NCBI GenBank assembly: GCA_031835245.2
Contig: JAVKOQ020000055.1
Span: 124,001-188,000 of the forward strand
Source: Balamuthia mandrillaris
Taxonomy: Eukaryota
Direction: 5' to 3'
Length of the DNA stretch: 64,000 nt
Shown: positions 62,711 to 64,000 of the stretch, piece by piece
How positions within the stretch are numbered: the first letter of the stretch is position 1
How the letters are laid out: the number at the start of each line of letters is the position of its first letter
Program-made: the position numbers and the translations under genes
The notes under the pieces: generated by a model
What the model was told of the DNA's origin: nothing
The model's input: the letters and a program-made list of their open reading frames with translations, nothing else
Database searches by the model: none

Positions 62711-62823
62711 TTTTGTTTCGGCAAACTATCCTTCTGTGCACGATTTGCGTTCATTCGTTTCGCAAGTTGTGCAATTTTTGTGCTGGGTTTTTATTTTTTT
62801 TTTTCTTTGGTTTTTACAATTGG

Positions 62824-62941
62824 CCGACGCGCAATGGTTCGGTGTGGCAGCGGTCCGTGTCGACACCAGTTTCCCCTGCGTAAAGCAGCAGGGAAGCGCA
62901 AGGACTTGGTTTGCTGCCCTTTTGGCCCTTGCCATTTCTTT
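62824..62941. ncRNA. Conserved structured intergenic element, copy B
   Basis: Homologous to 40511-40627. Confidence 0.4.
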
Positions 62942-63058
62942 TCGGTCAATTATATGGAAGTAATAAACAAACGGTAATTTTTTTTTCAACAAAAAAAAAA
63001 AACAAATGTGCATAAAATGTTGAATGTTGAATGGTTTGTAGTTGTTTGTTTTTTTCTT

Positions 63059-64000
63059 TTAGGAGAGACCAAAGCCGCGACTGTTTTCCACGGCGGCGGT
63101 CAAGTACTTGGCCAGCTTCTCTTTGCTGCTGTACTCTGGCAGCAGCAACCGACTGAAGCACGTAAATGATGTTGGCAGCCTGTGTTTTGTGTGTTTGTTT
63201 GTTTGTTTGTTTGAAACAGCATTCAGTAAGGCTCAAAAAAAGAAAAGAAAAGAAATGATAAGAAACAGTACCTATCAGAATCAGGGCCGTTGCGTTGGAT
63301 GATGAAAGGCATGCCACCCAACCCTTTGATGGGCACTCTGTCGCTGCCCGTTACGAATGCCAACAGTTGTTTCTTCCGTTCGATGGAATAGTTATGCACT
63401 ATCTCCCAAAACGCACTTTTTTGTGTGAAAGACGGAAAATAAAAACAAAAGAGCAAGTTAATAATTTGAGAGAGACAGAGCAGCAGAGGACAAGAGAACG
63501 AGAGAAGAATGGCTTTCTTGTTCGAAAGAAGGAACGGATACAAGAAGAAAGAGCAAAGGAGGAAAGAAGAGAGAAGCAAGATGAAAATAAGTACATGATG
63601 AGCGGGTGGTCAGGGTAGAAGCCATGCAAATAAATGGTAGATTTTTCTAACCCGTTAAAGTCTAACTCAGAACACCCGCAAATAAGCTGTTCTAGTTCTT
63701 CTGGCCTACATAACTACAAAAAGAAAATGAGCAAAGTGATAATAGTAGGAAAAAAAATAAGATATCTTACTTTAATAACTTGTCCGTTACAAATGCTGTG
63801 AAATCCTTCGTAGAATGCATCAAACTGAAACCTAAGCGAGTCTACCAACAAATGTTTCACATACAAGTCAACATATTCTATGGTAGAAGAAAGAAGACGA
63901 AAAAAGGAGAAGAAGAACAAAAAGTGAGAAAGCAGCATAGGTGGAAAAGAGTTTAACCGAAGAACAAATCTTTGGTTGTGTGAACGTACCTTGTTTGTTT
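63059..64000 (-). CDS. HECT-domain E3 ubiquitin ligase, 3' part (continues beyond the window)
   Basis: [39 protein letters not shown] and [22 protein letters not shown]. Confidence 0.93.

Noticed and set aside
63155..63180. HECT active site LPTSFTCF lacking the usual His
   Set aside because: The catalytic Cys is intact and this position varies among HECT ligases, so it is not evidence of novelty.
1..64000. Alternative genetic code, stop-codon readthrough, autonomous transposon, rRNA or tRNA genes
   Set aside because: The intact gene models close with the standard code once introns are removed; no transposase/RT motifs or tRNA/rRNA signatures were recognised by eye.

Overview
Gene-dense eukaryotic DNA with about 24 protein-coding loci in 64 kb, short intergenic gaps and many spliceosomal introns whose sense strands carry pyrimidine microsatellites. 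The gene set and intron style suggest a free-living amoeba or other protist; this is inference, not a database result. Most ORF-track entries are exon fragments or microsatellite artefacts, so the gene models below were assembled by hand from splice sites and protein motifs. Recognisable genes are an M20 amidohydrolase, a cytochrome P450, a SAM methyltransferase, a CBS protein, NAA25, DDAH, two F-box proteins (one with ARM repeats), two lipases, a FYVE-C2-AGC kinase, an ankyrin protein, a BTB-pentapeptide gene plus a pseudogene copy, a RING protein, an SDR with a PTS1-like end, a TPR-SGNH protein, an LRR protein, an FG-GAP pseudogene, a CREST/DUF3522 membrane protein and the 3' end of a HECT ligase. 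The most interesting observations are: (1) a ~117-nt structured non-coding element present twice, 22 kb apart, each copy 114 nt upstream of the ATG of an unrelated gene; (2) a protein fusing two WH2 actin-binding motifs, a Yippee-like Zn domain and an SxxC thioredoxin; (3) a ~1.5-kb ATG-free stretch ending in an in-frame ~150-codon extension of the kinase, suggesting non-AUG initiation; (4) a duplicated ankyrin/BTB-pentapeptide block containing an orphan, still-open fragment of the nucleoporin Tpr/Mlp1; (5) an apparent AT-AG intron. No rRNA, tRNA, CRISPR array or transposase was recognised.
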